IMG/VR virus record: IMGVR_UViG_3300044799_000109
Location: 1 to 58,894 of that record
Source: a virus
Taxonomy: Duplodnaviria; Caudoviricetes
Reading direction: 5' to 3' (one strand)
DNA length: 58,894 nt
Shown: positions 57,492-58,894 of the stretch, one piece after another
Layout of the letters: each line of letters opens with the position of its first letter
Position numbering within the stretch: position 1 is the first letter of the stretch
Notes under the pieces: model-generated
What the model was told of the DNA's origin: nothing
The model's input: only the letters and a program-made list of their open reading frames with translations
Database searches by the model: none
Made by a program: the position numbers and the translations under genes

Positions 57492-58084
57492 TGCTGCAAT
57501 CCGTTCGGGTCATGGGGGAACTGGAAGCCCGGCAATGCCTTGACCGCATACGCGCCGGGCTAATATCCGTCGCCACTGAGGTTCGCCGGTTCCACGACGG
57601 GGAGGGCTGGCGCGCCCTCGGTTATCTGACCTTCGAGGAGTGCGTCGGCAGGGAATTGGGCATCAGCAAGCAGCATGGCTATCGACTGCTTGAGGCAAGC
57701 CACATTCGAGAGGAACTAGCCCATAGCTTGCCCGCTAGTAACATCGATGTTACTAGCTTCCAGCCTAGCGATACCCAACTGCTAGAACTGCTGCCACTGC
57801 CGGCGAATCGGCGCGTCGAGATTGCCCGGCAGGTGGACTTCTCCACCAAGACCGTCCGCGAGCTCCGTCAGATCGTCAGGGAAGCTAAGGCGACTCTGGA
57901 TATCAAGGTCCAGGAGACTAGGGCCGAGCAGCCGCCCTTGCCGCGCCCGTCCGTTCCTGCGTTGCCCCAAGATGTGCGGATCGAGGTCGCGGACGCTGGC
58001 GAGATGCCGCTCTCCGATGACTCCATTGATCTGATCGTGACCAGCCCGCCCTACGGGTTGTTTGATGCGGAGGGAGAAGAATGA
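57488..58084 (+). CDS. DNA methyltransferase N-terminal part (HTH-like region plus catalytic SPPY) of a split gene
   Basis: WRALGYLTFEEC..GISKQHGYRL; DDSIDLIVTSPPYG then early stop. Confidence 0.85.
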   Translation: MMLQSVRVMGELEARQCLDRIRAGLISVATEVRRFHDGEGWRALGYLTFEECVGRELGISKQHGYRLLEASHIREELAHSLPASNIDVTSFQPSDTQLLELLPLPANRRVEIARQVDFSTKTVRELRQIVREAKATLDIKVQETRAEQPPLPRPSVPALPQDVRIEVADAGEMPLSDDSIDLIVTSPPYGLFDAEGEE

Positions 58085-58737
58085 TTCAACTGCCACATCT
58101 GCCCGTACAGTTCCTGCCGCAGAGCGACCAATTGAGGCGGCTTGAGATGCCCACGATCTCTCTTAAGCCCCTGGCTAGCGACTCTTTCGACGAGAACCTT
58201 GGGCACGCGTACCCAACTCAGGCTACGCGACGAGCGGCGCAGAGAGACCAACGTGCCATTTCTGATTGCTTGGCTGACCATTCCACGCGACCGATAACCA
58301 AGCGCGTCCGCGACCTGCGACACGTCCATCAATTCGCCTTCCTCCCAATCTGGGAACTCGCGGACAAACCAGTAGGATGCGAGGGACATCTGCCCGTTGG
58401 CCTTCGTTCTATGGAGATCCAAGACAAGTTGTGCTTGCTCATGCTTGATGCGGAGGTAGGGCAAGAGAGCCTCACAGGCTCGTGCGGCCATTTGATTAGT
58501 GATGCTGAAACGGTAGAGCCATCGTCCGTTCGGCACGGAGGGCTTGGTCATCTGAACGATGCCGCCGAAGGTTTGCCTAAGCAACTCGGGAACCTGGGGC
58601 GTGACTTGCTTAAGCCCGAGCCGCTCATCGAAGTCAGGTGCCCAACCGTACCGTGTAGCTGTCCTCTTGATGCTGATGTAGCCGTCAGCGTCAACGGCCC
58701 CCGCGAGGTAAGAAAACAGCAGTGCATCTGTAGTCAT
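58051..58737 (-). CDS. LAGLIDADG homing endonuclease (cassette 4)
   Basis: YLAGAVDADGYI, FGG, LLPYLRIKHEQA; GGAGG RBS. Confidence 0.92.
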   Translation of the reverse strand: MTTDALLFSYLAGAVDADGYISIKRTATRYGWAPDFDERLGLKQVTPQVPELLRQTFGGIVQMTKPSVPNGRWLYRFSITNQMAARACEALLPYLRIKHEQAQLVLDLHRTKANGQMSLASYWFVREFPDWEEGELMDVSQVADALGYRSRGMVSQAIRNGTLVSLRRSSRSLSWVRVPKVLVERVASQGLKRDRGHLKPPQLVALRQELYGQMWQLNHSSPSASNNP

Positions 58738-58792
58738 ATCGCCTCCCCTATGTGGCCCAGTAACTATTATAGCACAGGAGGGGCATGAAATG
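58061..58792 (-). mobile_element. Antisense homing-endonuclease cassette 4, splitting the methyltransferase (boundaries approximate)
   Basis: Inserted between PPYGL and KGY; TGcTATAAT at 58766-58775 on the minus strand; supplies AGGAGG and ATG for the C-terminal part. Confidence 0.8.
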
Positions 58793-58894
58793 AAGGGCTA
58801 CGCGGCAAGCAAGGATACATCGTCGGACTGGACAGCGAAGATGCGAGACTGGCTGACCGAGATGCACAGGGTTCTGAAGCCTGGCGGGCGTCTG
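58743..58894. repeat. Terminal direct repeat, right copy
   Basis: Matches 1-152. Confidence 0.95.

Noticed and set aside
6765-58737. Group I introns or inteins as the explanation for the four endonuclease inserts
   Set aside because: The nucleases are antisense and fill almost the whole insert. I see no ribozyme core or intein termini, and gene function appears to be restored by duplicated ends or a new RBS.
1-58894. tRNA or rRNA genes, or host chromosomal flanks
   Set aside because: None recognised. The terminal overlap indicates a circular phage contig rather than an integrated prophage.

Overview
The window is a complete, circularly permuted genome of a high-GC temperate siphophage. Bases 1-152 repeat at 58743-58894 with 2 mismatches. 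Modules in order: replication and DNA modification (1-9.3 kb); terminase, portal, MuF, protease and HK97-type capsid (9.7-18.3 kb); an ~11.5 kb cluster of glycosyltransferases, methyltransferases and a radical SAM enzyme among the structural genes; tail genes (32.7-44.7 kb); lysis; a moron region; serine integrase with ImmA/XRE/Cro immunity; and early genes. Two systems stand out. (1) A moron with its own promoter (47.5-48.9 kb) encodes a small standalone RAMP/Cas7-like protein, followed directly by a 3-unit non-CRISPR array with a strict 5-nt GGY-NN period and then an HNH nuclease. The variable dinucleotides read like a gapped guide code, resembling what I recall being described as VIPR-type systems, and partly match the tail-chaperone locus. 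(2) Four free-standing homing-endonuclease cassettes (3 HNH, 1 LAGLIDADG) are inserted antisense into phage genes. Each has an extended -10 promoter, a recoded duplicate of the interrupted gene end or a new RBS, and a stop-free sense-strand ORF coupled to the neighbouring genes. All functional calls come from motif recognition by eye; no searches were run.
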